Shown piece after piece: positions 50,501 to 60,983 of a stretch of 64,000 nucleotides of DNA. Position numbers and translations under genes: made by a program. How positions within the stretch are numbered: position 1 is the stretch's first letter; the number at the start of each line of letters is the position of its first letter. Location of the stretch: NCBI GenBank assembly GCA_976226885.1, contig OZ320313.1, positions 71,300,001 to 71,364,000 on the forward strand, given 5' to 3'. The stretch comes from Iphione sp. A-MEVVRFRX5 (taxonomy: Eukaryota). The notes beneath the pieces were generated by a model. It was not told the origin of the DNA. It saw only the letters and a list, made by a program, of their open reading frames with translations, and made no database searches.

Positions 50501-53500
50501 ATCCCCAAACAAAAACCTTGGGGACGGCAGGCAATCCTCCAATACCAGGTGCTTAAACAAAGAGGAAAGATGTGGCTTAACTTCCTCATGCCAGTATTGG
50601 ATAAGCGCCTGATAGGTGGACCCATGCAGTGAAAGGGTGTCTAACAGGTGCGCCTGTGACGTTTGGGCCATCTGGCCTGTTTGACATTCACAGCAATTTC
50701 CTCCAGGACCTTACAGTTGGCTATAAGACCACCCATAAGATCCTGGCTCCTCTTCCTAATCGTGTTCCTCCTCCTCCTCCTCCTCTTCCTGTCTTTGATG
50801 CAGGAGAGCACCAAGCATCTGTTGTTACTGGAGCATCATCTGCTGATGCACCTGATGCTATTGCTGCTGCATCTGATGCTGTTGCTGTTGCTGAGCTAAC
50901 AGCTGCTGCTGGTGATGCACCTGCTGGGCCCACATATATTAGGCAAATTGCACCAATGACAATGCTTGCATTTGAGCAACTATTGACAAAATGTCATGAT
51001 CTGTAACTCTGCCCACAGTGACCAGCACAGCTAATGTAGAAGGTACCACAATCGGCACAGCTGGTGCATCCAACAACCCCATAAAGTTTGTGAAAGCAGC
51101 AGCAGAAGAGGAAGAAGAAGATGGAAGGGTCGTCTTACACAGTGACTCTCAGAAACGTGCAACATGTGTGCCACCTGCAGAGTCGCTATCAGACATGGTG
51201 AGTGTAGACTGTCTGACCTTTAACCTCTGGAGGTCAAAGGTCGAAGACTTTGGGGCCAAAGTTCACAAACTTGACAAGTTGACAAAACTTAATGGCAACT
51301 TAATGCATATACTGAGTAGCTACCGCTACTGTCGGTGTCAAAGTTGACAAACTTTGACTGCGGTCGACTGAATGCGTCAACTGAGTAGCTACCACCAATG
51401 TTGGCGGGGTCAAAGTTGAATGCATCAACCGAACTGCTAATTGAATTGGCATTTGACACACTGCCGAGTCCCCAAACATCAACAATGCTGGGAGGGTGCC
51501 CAATGAGATCATTGGTACATCACCTCTTGACAACTGCACCCAGTCCCCTAATGTTGACAACAGTGGGAGGGTGCCCAGTGAGGTGATTGGAGACCAGGTT
51601 GACATATAAGCAGCCAGGTCTCCATGAGGAGGTTGCTGACTGACCTCTGACTTTGGATTGCCACCCTGCAACAACCAGGTCATCTGTATGACCTCTGACC
51701 TTGCTGACTGGGTCGCTATAGCACCAACAGTACCCACGACCTTTGACCTTGACAACAAGGTCATCACTGGTGCACCCAAAACACGGGTGACCCCAACTGG
51801 CCTCACACTGAGGTCAGAGCCTCTCACAAACTGCAATAGCTTGGAAGCTGCCTCCCCAACCGAGGTAACAGGGTAAGAAGCCGGCACCACGACCTCTGAC
51901 CTTAAGCCCTGGCAAGAAAGATCATTAGATCCCTCAATGCCCTGGCCTAATCTGACACCCTCTCTAGTGTATTCTACACCAGATTCGAGCATCCCTAGTT
52001 CCAATTTCAGTCTCTTGGCTTCTTAGAGGATGCCCTAGAGGACTTGGCTGTCCATTTGGAGGGTTTGGGGACCTCTGGCGCCCAATCGACTTCACACTGA
52101 ATCAAACCAGCCAAGTCCATAGTTGGGGGGAAATGAACCAAAAACTTACTTGAATCATGTAAAAACAATGTAAAGCCAATGCAGAAACAATATAAAATTA
52201 ATCTGAACAGAATACAATAGAAATAACAGAAATCTAGAGAGAAACCTTAAGACTGAACTGAGCAAGGTGACTGCTAGACTAGAAGTGAGAGATCCAAGAT
52301 CTGTGGTGGCGACACTGGGTTGTATCTCAGGTAGACACCTAGTGTCTGTTCCTGATACTAACATTAAGGCAAATTCAGCAAAAAAATGTTTGGATTTCAT
52401 ATATAAGTTTGGTTACATGAGTATTTTAACAGTGAAATACCACTGGTACCAGGCAAATGTTTGGATTTTGGATATTTCAGTTTTTGAGTGTTCAATTTTG
52501 GAGAGCTGTCTATATACAGCTCAACATTCTCTTATACACAAGTAAATACTTTTCCACCTATTTCTTTTATTACTTTGAATTACATGACAATAAGCCTGTA
52601 GCACGTGTCAAAATATCAGAATATCATATCAAGAAATCATTCAATAGTTTGGGAGATAGACTCATAAGATCATATTTTCCCTCATTTATATTAGTTAAGA
52701 GACTATATGACAACATGCCAGTAGCAAGTGTCTGTATAGCAAAACATTATATTTATGTATAATGTGATTTTACTTAATACTTTAGGAGGCAACAGATCTA
52801 CAAGGTTGTGACAAACGGTTGGACAGCAGCATTCCAAGATCCCCCACCTCTCTATGACGTAGGGAACAATTAGGCTATTTGAAAGTCAAACAATTACTAT
52901 AGTAAGTATGTATTGCTACTGCAAAAACCCAAAGTTGGATGCTTTTTGCTTTATAAACTAAAACCTAGTAAATATATTAAGAGATGGAAAGTATTGTCAG
53001 CTCTATGTAAATATGTTTGTATATGATATATGCACAAATACTTTCTAGACTTTACATTACTTTTAAGTTTCCTAAAGTTTCGTCGGATTAACCTTTTACT
53101 TCTTTGGTTTCCTAAAGTATACTTTGCAGAAATTTAATGCTTTCTGGATAATATAACTATACCAGTCTATTAGTTGCACTGTCTAAGGATCCGTATATTT
53201 TACAAGAATGAGATTACAGGTTATGATTCATTTCATTTGATGATACAGAAACTAAGTACAGTGCAACGTCCCCTCGCGGACATGTCTGGGATGTCGATGT
53301 GTCTGAAATGCAGATGATTTGAAAAAGAACAGATTCATTTCCTATAGTTAACCAATATAAGGAGACATCTGCAATCAGCACAGCTAATTTACAGAACGTT
53401 CCCCTGAGGACACTGTTGTCGTGTGAATTTGAGGTAGCAGAGAGGCCTCAGAAGTCATTTTCAAAGGTTGACACGTGAATATGGGGCCTCCCAGACCCCC

Positions 53501-56500
53501 TCAAAGGGAGGGTTTCACATCTCTGTACATGTTTCCGTGCGAATTTGAGTGACCAGGGAGGCATCAGAAGTCATTTTCAAAGATAGACATAAATAATCCC
53601 TCGTCGTCAAATTCTGCAATTTAGTGACTCTTAGTCGTCAAATTCTGTGCTTTTATTACTCCTAGTGGTCAAATCCTGTACTTTCGTGACTCTGTCATCA
53701 TATTCTGCACTTTTGTGACTCCTTCTCGACCCCCAAGTCATATCCTACTGAGAGATCTACAAACTGGCCACGTCTGAAATGTGGACGATTTGATGCAGAA
53801 TGCAGGGTGTCCATAATTTGGACGTTCGACTGTACAACCCTTTTAGGGTAGAGTAAAAAGAGATCTGTAATCTTTGAAAATGCAAACATTCTTTAAATCA
53901 TCACCTGCAGATGTTATTTTCTGCATACACATGTAATTTTCTAAATCGTTCCCATTTTTTTCTGCCTTTGGTGAAATAATGCTACTTTTCCAAATTTTCC
54001 TGAGGTTTTTCCCCCTTTTTTTCCCACAAGATGGTAAAAATCTGCCAAACCTGGTTAATACTTACATGGATGCGTTTGTTTGGGTCTAAGCCAGAGGTGA
54101 TCAGCCAGATACACTCAAGATTGTTGTCATAGTATTTCTTGCCACTAAGCCGGGTTTCAATGCGAGCTGTCTCAGCACTGGAGATGAGCAGAAGTTTTCC
54201 ATTTGCCTCGCAGTTGTAAGTGATGGCTGTGGAAAATACGGACAGTCATGCCAGGTTACAATCTGTGCAGGGCACACAGTGCATATGGGTTTTATAGAAC
54301 TATATATATATTAAAATTAAGTGATTAAGGTGCTGATTATTATGGTCTAGATGTGACTAAAAAGAAATATAAACAAGTAAAACCAATAACTGGGATGGAA
54401 GCAATTGGCCCTTCCCCTGCTCGCTAAAGTTAGCATAGGCTATCATCATAACGAGATACATAAACACCGTACATGTACATGTGTCATTATACAGGTTTTG
54501 TATTCTCTGTGCACTGTCAACAATGTCAGCTGATTTCTAGGTGCCACACAGACACATGTACATTTCATATTTGCGATGTACTTTTCTAGCTCAGAGAAGG
54601 GTTTCTTATACTTGTACGTAACTTGGGTCACGATCATTCAGATGCAAACTTCTGGATTCCAACAAGTGCCAGATTTGCGAATTTGTTTAGCAGTAACACT
54701 GAGGAGCTCATAATAATGCTTGGTTTCTTTAATTAAAAAAACACAAGTTACAAAAACTGCAAACTATTTCCAAACACTTATGGCTGTCCATATACATGTA
54801 TTTACAATAGTGCTCATAAACAAATAAGTTCCATAGTATAATCAATGGCATGTCACAATAGAAGCTGACAAGGCAGCTTGTTTTGTTTTAGAATCGGAAG
54901 ATGTGGAAAAGTATAAAAAAAAAAACTCACTCTCGACTGGTGGACTCTCTTTAGGTACAGTTGTTCCATCTATAAGGAAGGAATAGCTCTTTATCAAGAT
55001 GGAAAATGATATCATCGGCGTTCCAACAGACAGAAATACGTCAATACTTTCTATTTAGTTATCTTAACAAGACTGGTCGGTGCAGACGCACATGTATATC
55101 CGATACTAACATAACATGCATATGTAACAATGATAAAACGAAAATGATGAAATGAAAACCAAAAGCCAACTATAATATGACGAATTTCTGTAAAGTTGGG
55201 GGGAGTTGACCTTTTTTAAAAGTACCTTTTCTGCGCTGACAAACGAAGGCATGTTTGGATAGGCTTTGTGCCTCTGGCCGATGACAGTGGTCCTCTACCC
55301 AGCCGCCGCTAGAGATGTCGAGCACCATACAGTCCTTGTATTTCTCTGGAAAGGCTGGTTCCATGGAAACGCTGTCAGCAAACAAACACGGGATATATTT
55401 AGAAAGTTTTTGGATATTACATATAGATATAACTACACATTCTTGCTCGTCATGTAAACTCAGAGGATCCTGGCATCTGCCAGTGTTCTGACATTCTTCG
55501 ATTTAAGATGAATGTCAGAGGTAATCAGAACATGTCTACTGCCGATGACAAGACTGCAAAGCAACCATATTGTGAATTTCCTTTACCTGACTTTAAATCA
55601 ACTCACCTGTACGCTGTTTCAGTCTGAGTTCCATCCACCCACATGTAATCTCCTTCACTTATGATATCATTTAAGCCAATCCACACACTGCCAGGGAGCC
55701 CCAAAGGAAGTAGGGCCTCTTTGGCCTTCTCTATGGGAAGTATAGCATGGCATAAATGAATATCAACACTAAAGCTGTGTTATTCTTTTACTTTTCAGAA
55801 TAAATTCTGAGTGGAGTTTAAAGATGACAAACTAATAAACATACAGTGGAAACTCTAATGTATTTATGACCACCACTTGGGACCAACCTCAAATGACCGT
55901 ATTGGCAAATTTGGTCCTAAATTGTTAATTACAGAAATTCAAACTTTTGTGCCAGGCTGTACTGGTCACAATACCAAGAATGGTCGGAAATTGATGCGGT
56001 CGCAAATAGGATTTTTACTGTATATTAACACTATCAACAAATCCTGAGAATAAATTTCTGTTGACAGTATCTGTAGACTTTGTGACCTGATGCCACTTTT
56101 ACCAAATTATTTATGCTTGAAGTAGGAGGCGATAAACAGGCATGTACTTCTACCACGATAAATCAATTCACAAATATTTAAAAAAAATCCTGCTCTATTT
56201 TTAATACAAAAAAGACAGGTAAACAACATCAAGACATAGTGAATACAGACTTAATCCCGTATACATCTCCCCTCTACAACATATAGATATTATTTTTAAA
56301 GAATAGGCTTGATGAGACTACCCAGTCATAACTGAAGGGACATGTGATCCAACAAATGCCCCGCCCCTTGACAAACACAAGTAGAAGAACATAGTGAGAC
56401 CTTACAGAGGTTGCTACGGGACACCACCAAAAACAAACATATAAAGGGAGAAACACAGCTGGCTGGAGACACACACTCGGTAGCCAAACAAGCAGGAAGC

Positions 56501-57968
56501 TTTGCACGTCTTAAACATACAAATATCTAGCCGATAGCTGTGAAAATGCATGCTAGAATGCAGTATTTTGCTTGATAGAGTTTCTGACAAGAAAGTCACA
56601 CGGTGGGCCACACCGCTTCTGTTAACAGATGTATACCTATATTGCAAGAATGCATTTGAAGATAAGAATAGAATAGGCACTTACCAATGACAAACTCTTG
56701 CTGTTCAGCAGTGTTAATTGTGACCAAGTTGGCTTGGTCCGTAGCGCAGTAGTCCTGGGCATCCTTCCAGGTCTCTACATGTGTCTTGACACCGTAGCAG
56801 AACTCCCCAGTATCAGTCTCAAATCCAGGTGGACAATTACCAGTTGTTGGTGAGACAGCTATCGGTATAACAATAATGCACGATTCCATTTACACATGCA
56901 CTTCTACACATACACACTTTTTAAAAGAATACTTTGTGTCGAATAGAAGGGCTAAATATTTAGATATTTGTTTCCGCCTCCTAGTTTGGTTTTACTTTGA
57001 TTACTACTTGAAGCATTAACTGAGAAATATTTGCTTTGTCATTATTCTGTCTATAGTTCACAGAAATATACCAAACACTAGCTCAGAAAGAATTTAATCA
57101 CCAATAAACATAGGTATACGGCTGATGTATCATACATAATAGATCGACACTTACAGAAATCAGAGACCTCAAGGGTAACTCCTTTGTTCTCTGAGAGGTG
57201 GATGTCGTCACTAACAAACTCGACGTAGATCTTGTTCTGCTTGCTGATAACTGTGTACGGTGTCCGACCACCACACCACTCACTGAGGACTGGAGCCGAC
57301 CGGGAGTCGCCTGCCAGATACACACATGACTAAGCTTTTTTTGGGTTATGCTTAATGATGCCACATGCTGTTTCTGGATATATATTGTACAGGATTTGCA
57401 GCATTCAAGTATCACTACATCATAGTGCTCATTCCTTGCTGTTTAGAAAAAAACTCCAGTCATATTAGCTTGCGGTGTGTTGGATAATGTTATCAGAACC
57501 ACAGGTTTCTATAAGAATTATTATATAAATTGGACTATCCCTATTCGTTTGTACATGCATTAGTAGCCTAAGAAACAGTTTTCTTCTCTCCGAAAAACTT
57601 CCAATCGGGCAGAAGGCAGACATGAATTATACACGAATATTAAATGACTTTCACTGTATTTTTTGTTTACGTTAAGTTTAGGTATAGACTCTGATATTGT
57701 ACCATTGTTCTATTGTGGTCGGAGTGAGTTAAACTCAGGGCACTGCAGCCAGTTGTTGCAGAATGATGCTCATGAAAGGTAGCCATTTATAGGTGGCTAA
57801 GTCGGGCTAACATACATTATGGTAGATTTTCCACGAGTTCACTCTAACAGTGGACTAATGCTGAAATATTATAGCAATAAACGCACCATCTCTGATAGAC
57901 ACATAGTCATACTTGGAACAGTCAGCTTCGGAGGGCGTCCACTGCAGATTGGAGAGCACAACAGAAAC
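29332..57968 (-). CDS. Type-I membrane receptor CUB-CTLD-CUB-CTLD-TM (macrophage-mannose-receptor-like lectin/CUB protein), 3' part; 5' end outside the window
   Basis: Fourteen GT-AG exons: 57968-57887, 57310-57155, 56858-56685, 55730-55607, 55371-55226, 54969-54931, 54226-54066, 48466-48385, 48087-47932, 46111-45935, 44917-44797, 43675-43530, 42344-42300, 29519-29332. All phases are compatible, and the total of 1797 nt gives 599 codons with no internal stop. Extra exons in the 12.8-kb last intron are not excluded. Confidence 0.88.
29588..29718. other. N block
   Basis: 131 N with simple-repeat-like flanks. Confidence 0.95.
32080..32480 (+). pseudogene. Possible LINE RT 3'-end remnant
   Basis: SSFTYIGVKEWNSM resembles the L2/CR1-group C-terminal SFxYxGxKLWNSL motif; the rest is heavily degenerate. 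Confidence 0.3.
33530..33745. other. N block
   Basis: 216 N. Confidence 0.95.
34590..34731. repeat. 68-bp tandem repeat x2, each made of two ctcggttctgc-containing subunits
   Basis: The cggttctgc core starts at 34601, 34630, 34669 and 34698 (alternating 29/39 spacing). Confidence 0.8.
35650..37900 (-). pseudogene. L2/CR1-group (Crack/Daphne-like) LINE ORF2 reverse transcriptase, inactivated and interrupted by a MITE
   Basis: Ordered motifs: KACQKSEIPTAIIK...MINDSLSSGI, KWKLAKVVPLWK...NYRPISL, GIFTDYRKAFDSV, GVPQGFIPGSLFFQIFINNLP, YANN in place of YADD, KYLGIVLD. It has frameshifts, stops and a 42-bp internal duplication at 36292-36375. Confidence 0.88.
37027..37697. mobile_element. Tc1/mariner-type MITE (family A) inserted in the LINE
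   Basis: The right end ...ggatgttgcactg|ta and the internal sequence are similar to 53259-53832. It splits the RT between SSGI and KKWKLAKV. The left end is degenerate. Confidence 0.65.
39289..39356. repeat. 23-bp inverted repeat / DNA hairpin with 21-nt loop
   Basis: tgtatttccctctgacaacacact ... agtgtattgtcaggggaaataca, with one bulge and one mismatch. Confidence 0.75.
39440..40464 (-). mobile_element. DIRS1-type retrotransposon 5' remnant (terminal repeat plus decayed gag)
   Basis: 40340-40466 resembles the termini at 63450-63567 and 52265-52361 (gtgactgct...gtggcgccac...tatctcag..agacac...gctggtactaaagt). Gag-like peptide YPLPSN...VHETVWFSLPEVPKIRDRVSQRIQ at 39500-39700. Confidence 0.6.
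41731..41945. repeat. Degenerate 74-bp tandem repeat (~3 copies)
   Basis: Units start cctctc at 41731, 41805 and 41879 and share ...gtatacc...ctccagg....aggag. Confidence 0.7.
42300..42344 (-). CDS. Lectin/CUB receptor linker exon (45 nt)
   Basis: tttttttacag|AT...GAA A|gtaagt; DDSTILYAIPAKQEE, phase 1/1. Confidence 0.75.
42481..42651. other. N block
   Basis: 171 N. Confidence 0.95.
43530..43675 (-). CDS. CTLD2 third exon
   Basis: ttttcaag|T TGG...ATA G|gtaagt; WWKTPFTSKVYLDCVLIQLADRSWKEDFCTDAEVQTVTEYPFICKRNI. Confidence 0.88.
44797..44917 (-). CDS. CTLD2 second exon (WIG motif)
   Basis: cttacag|AT...CCC AG|gtaaat; DYAVQTLIPLGESKVWIGMSDIAQEGKFDWIDGVQGSVKP. Confidence 0.9.
45935..46111 (-). 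CDS. CTLD2 first exon
   Basis: ccatag|CT...TTA G|gtaagg; CPPGWIADTKGKYCY...WVDAQAACNLDRANLVSF. Confidence 0.92.
46430..46595. repeat. Degenerate ~48-bp tandem repeat (3-4 copies)
   Basis: tgtgc..atc.g...aatt.tg...aatt units start at about 46432, 46483, 46531 and 46578. Confidence 0.6.
47932..48087 (-). CDS. CUB2 third exon
   Basis: cacacag|GG...TTT T|gtaagt; GNSTSPVLNTFCG...ISKTNQLYITFVSND; 156 nt, same length as its paralogous exon. Confidence 0.9.
48385..48466 (-). CDS. CUB2 second exon
   Basis: catttcag|TTG...GAT G|gtaagt; LTVGKPDLQWTPSDAICYGFDYLEIRD; 82 nt. Confidence 0.9.
48590..48919 (-). mobile_element. Partial MITE family A copy (reverse orientation)
   Basis: The reverse complement begins ta|cagtgtgacgtcccctcgcggacatgtctg, matching 53257-53290. 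Confidence 0.65.
49440..50290 (-). pseudogene. DIRS1-type reverse transcriptase pseudogene
   Basis: Fragments such as MPILPPHRKYLAFSWQDAVYQYDVLTFRWSSAPRNFTKIM...SYIDDIII (50097-49891). Confidence 0.88.
50288..52040 (-). pseudogene. DIRS1-type gag pseudogene
   Basis: DTLSLHGSTYQAL...EDCLPSPRFLFGDDLLGRAKQVKEN, homologous to 60984-61400. Its low-complexity Ala/Gln tract is homologous to 61780-61940. Confidence 0.75.
53259..53832. mobile_element. Tc1/mariner-type MITE (family A), most complete copy
   Basis: TA|cagtgcaacgtcc ... ggacgttcgactg|TA (11/13 TIR match, TA duplication), no ORF, internal aaattctg subrepeats. Confidence 0.75.
54066..54226 (-). CDS. CUB2 first exon
   Basis: ttccacag|CC...CAT|gtaagt; TYNCEANG...YYDNNLECIWLITSG...RIH. 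Confidence 0.9.
54931..54969 (-). CDS. Linker exon (39 nt)
   Basis: ccttatag|AT...GAG A|gtgagt; DGTTVPKESPPVE, phase 1/1. Confidence 0.8.
55226..55371 (-). CDS. CTLD1 third exon
   Basis: gctgacag|C...AAA G|gtactt; KDCMVLDISSGGWVEDHC...FVCQRRK; 146 nt, same length as its paralog. Confidence 0.88.
55607..55730 (-). CDS. CTLD1 second exon (WIGL motif)
   Basis: cccatag|AG...TAC AG|gtgagt; GSVWIGLNDIISEGDYMWVDG. Confidence 0.92.
56685..56858 (-). CDS. CTLD1 first exon
   Basis: ccgatag|CT...ATT G|gtaagt; CPPGFETDTGEFCY...TWKDAQDYCATDQANLVTI. Confidence 0.92.
57155..57310 (-). CDS. CUB1 third exon
   Basis: ctggcag|GC...TTC T|gtaagt; GDSRSAPVLSEWCG...ISKQNKIYVEFVSD. Confidence 0.9.
57887..57968 (-). 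CDS. CUB1 second exon
   Basis: ttgttctag|GTT...GAT G|gtgcgt; VSVVLSNLQWTPSEADCSKYDYVSIRD; 82 nt. Confidence 0.85.
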
Positions 57969-58174
57969 CTAGAACAAAAGATGAACATCATTTCCTGATT
58001 GATCTATATGTTGATAAAAGGATATGGTTCTACTTGCAGCATACACCTTCACTGTTATACACTATATATAGCTGCTATAAAAGAAATAACTTTTTGTGTT
58101 ACTATGTATATGACACATTTAGTCACAAAGCTTGCTTAATTACAGTCGAATCTTGGATTCAGAACAACTGGCTA

Positions 58175-58723
58175 CAGTAGACTCTCACCCTGCGACCACA
58201 AGGATAGGGTGACCACTTGGCCAGGGTGACCACTTTTGCCCAGAACCGATTGTTTTTCTGTAATGTCCCTATATGGTAGTGGTTGCCTAGGGCGACCACT
58301 CGCTTGGGGTGACCACTCAGCCAATACAACCACTATTTTCAGTACAAAACGAAGATTTGTGGTTGCCTGGGGCGACCACTCGCCAGGATGCCTGTGTGTT
58401 TGGAGTGTTTCTGGCCTAAAAGTCAGTGGTCTCCTCCATTTGTGGTTGCCTGGGGTGACCACTTGCCAGGTCGCCCATGTTGTTGGAGCATTCCTGGCCC
58501 TCAAGTCCAGGTCGCCCACATTGTAGGAAGTGTTGGAGCGACCACTAGACCACTATTTTCAGTACAAAATGAAGATTTGTGGTTGCCTGGGGCGACCAAT
58601 TGCCAGAGAGAAGGGGAATACATTTTGTGGTTTGACCCCCTGAATAACACCTTAGCTGACCATTCGCCCTAGGAGACCACTTTTTTAAGTCCCTTGGGTG
58701 GTCCCTTTAGGCGGAGGCAACTG
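58175..58723. mobile_element. Tc1/mariner-type MITE with many internal GGG(T/C)GACCAC subrepeats
   Basis: TA|CAGT...ACTG|TA ends, about 10 gaccac motifs, and a 57-bp direct repeat at about 58332 and 58552. No coding potential. Confidence 0.75.
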
Positions 58724-59199
58724 TATACATGTACTGGACATCACAGATTCCCAGCAGAATCCATACAGAACCATAACATACAGTTTAATCTAACATATAC
58801 TAATATACTAACTATAATCTGTACATCTCAAATCAAGACAGATTTTGGTCAATTTTCCGCATTAATGAGATTCCATTGTAGATCACAACACAAAACTTAA
58901 CGCCTACTTAATAATAATTTAGCATGCATGCCAACTGTAAACAACATCTATATTCTTGACGTTGTCTTATGTTCAATAAAAGAAATGTGTATGGTAGATT
59001 TCTTTCAGTCGTCACGTGGTATACCAGACTAACGATACTTAATACGACCCCATAACTACATGTATATGTAGTTCTTAGGATGCACATGTGAGATGCACTA
59101 TGGAGGTGTTGCAGTTTGTTAATAATCCATGCCTTATGAGACATGATATCCAGAGATATATGTGTTGTTTGTACCCCTGAGTACAATTAGTGGGTTGCA

Positions 59200-60060
59200 C
59201 AAACTTACAGTGAAGTGTGACAAAGCTGACCTAGTAGAATGCGCAGAGAACACCTGCATGTCAATACCTGACAATGCTATGACCTCTTTCGTCCACCTGG
59301 CCAAAGTGGCAGTGGACACCGACTTATGGCAACTAGTGAAAGAGATGAAAAATGCATCATCTCCCTGATTATCATGCAAAGTATCTGTCCTTGAGATGTA
59401 CTCTTTAAGACACCTTACCACACAAACTTTAGGTTGTGCTATAAAGGCATCAGCTTCAACTTTGAGGCACACCTGCCCTTCCTGGATTGTTTCAGAGTCT
59501 TGGTAAAAACAATTTGCAAAGACCCATCTCCAATATCATGAATGTTTGAAAGTTGAATATTGCAAATAGCCTGCATCCTACCACTGGTAGCCAAAAGAAG
59601 CAGCATATTGCACATAAGCGTCAGCTTCTTAAGCAACATAGAAGACAGAGGTTCCCACAATTTGAGGAAATCAAGCACCTTGGACACATCCCAAGTATAG
59701 TCTACTCGGGCAACAGGAGGTCTTACATTGAAAAAACCAGTAAGAAGCCTCACAACATTAGAATGCTTCCCAAAAGCAACTCCATCAAACATGGGAAAGA
59801 TTGCCGAGAAAGCACTCCTTGCCGTGTTTAAGGCACTATACCTGATACCCCTGTTGAACATGGTCATGAGGAAATGCATACCTTACTTAAGAGTAGGATG
59901 CAGTGGATCCCAATCCTTCTGGAAACACAAAGTATTCCACCTTTGAAGATATGTATTATACAACAACCAGGTCTTAGGCCACCAGGAACACAGCATCATT
60001 GCTCTAGAGGCGGCAGTCAAATCTTTACACTCTAGAACTGCATTCAACAAAGCAGGGCCA
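59200..60060 (-). pseudogene. DIRS1-type tyrosine recombinase pseudogene
   Basis: SWWPKTWLLYNTYLQRW / YSALNTARSA...RPPVARVDYTWDV...LLLATSGRM / CVVRCLKEY...TLARW...AHSTRSA. Two frameshifts; the C-terminal catalytic Tyr region is missing. Confidence 0.9.
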
Positions 60061-60066
60061 TAACTT

Positions 60067-60400
60067 TTATAGCCCCCAGACTGGACGGTTGACACAGATG
60101 GTCCAGGGTGTTGAACCTGAATTGCAAAACAGGAGGGGCGGAGCACAAGCTAGCTGCAGCACCCTGCTGAACCAAGCCTGGTGAGGCCAGGCCGGCACTA
60201 GCAAGATGGCAGCTTTGGGATGATGCTGCACCAGCTTGGCTATGCACCTGGGAATTAAAGAAAAGGGTGGACAAATGTAAGACATTTGGAGGTATGACCA
60301 GTCCTGGGAAAAAGCATCAACAAACAGTGCTTCCGGATCTGGATGCCAACTAGCATACAATGGAGCTTTGTTGTTTAATCGAGAAGGGTCTCCCCCAAGA
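60067..60400 (-). pseudogene. DIRS1-associated DNA N6-adenine methyltransferase-like domain
   Basis: SRLNNK...YASWHPDPEALFVDAFSQDW...YICPPFSLIPRCIAK...LVPAWPHQAWF. Confidence 0.85.
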
Positions 60401-60449
60401 CTGTACTACCATCTGAAAAATAGGTAGACTAATGCCCCATTCCAAATTA

Positions 60450-60960
60450 TCAGGGAAATGACGAGAAAAATATAATCAGCCTCCACATTAGAACACCAGG
60501 GATATGGAAAGCAGAGACAAACCCTGTCCTCTCTTCCAAAAAATCCCAGATTTTATGGGCATACACATTAGCCAAGGGACTCCTAGCCCCACCCATCTTA
60601 TTCACATAACAGATGGCAGTAGTGTTGTCACACATCAGTTTGACATGGAACTCAGCATGACAAGCAAACAAATTTCCTAAAGCTACCCAAATTGCCTTGA
60701 CTTCTAGTACATTGATATGTAACCCAGACTCATGCTCACGCCACCTACCACCGAAAATGCTGCCATCAAACCAAACACCCCAACCGGATGCATCCGTATA
60801 CACCACGTGGGTGAACGGAGCCGAACACAAACCTGATATGATCCAATACTTATGTCACCCTCGACTCTGTAGGCCTAACCACCATGTTAACAGAATCGAT
60901 GGTGTAGCCCAAAAACACAATGGACTGAGCAGGCTCCAAAGCCCACTGCGGTACAAAACC
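60450..60960 (-). pseudogene. DIRS1-type RNase H plus short RT thumb remnant
   Basis: YTDASGWG, HINVLEVKA, CDNTTAICYVNKMGGARS and HIPG, preceded by LEPAQSIVFLGYTIDSVNM. Confidence 0.88.
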
Positions 60961-60983
60961 GGCAAGATTACTGGCAAGGAACA

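Larger units (their letters stand above)
49298..52361 (-). mobile_element. DIRS1-type retrotransposon, internally deleted (gag and RT retained; RNase H, methyltransferase and YR lost), with inverted terminal repeats
   Basis: ITR: 49298-49350 is the reverse complement of the 52305-52361 / 63505-63565 terminus. Gag motif RFLFGDDLLG. RT motifs: IPKSNGSFRLILDL, CFMASVDLKNA, PHRKYLAF, SSAPRNFTK, SYIDD, IVFLG. Multiple stops and frameshifts. Confidence 0.88.

Noticed and set aside
58172-58672. ORFs of 94-115 aa over the GACCAC repeat region, and its superficial CRISPR-like periodicity
   Set aside because: These are by-products of MITE internal subrepeats; spacing is irregular, spacers are not unique, there are no cas genes, and the context is eukaryotic.
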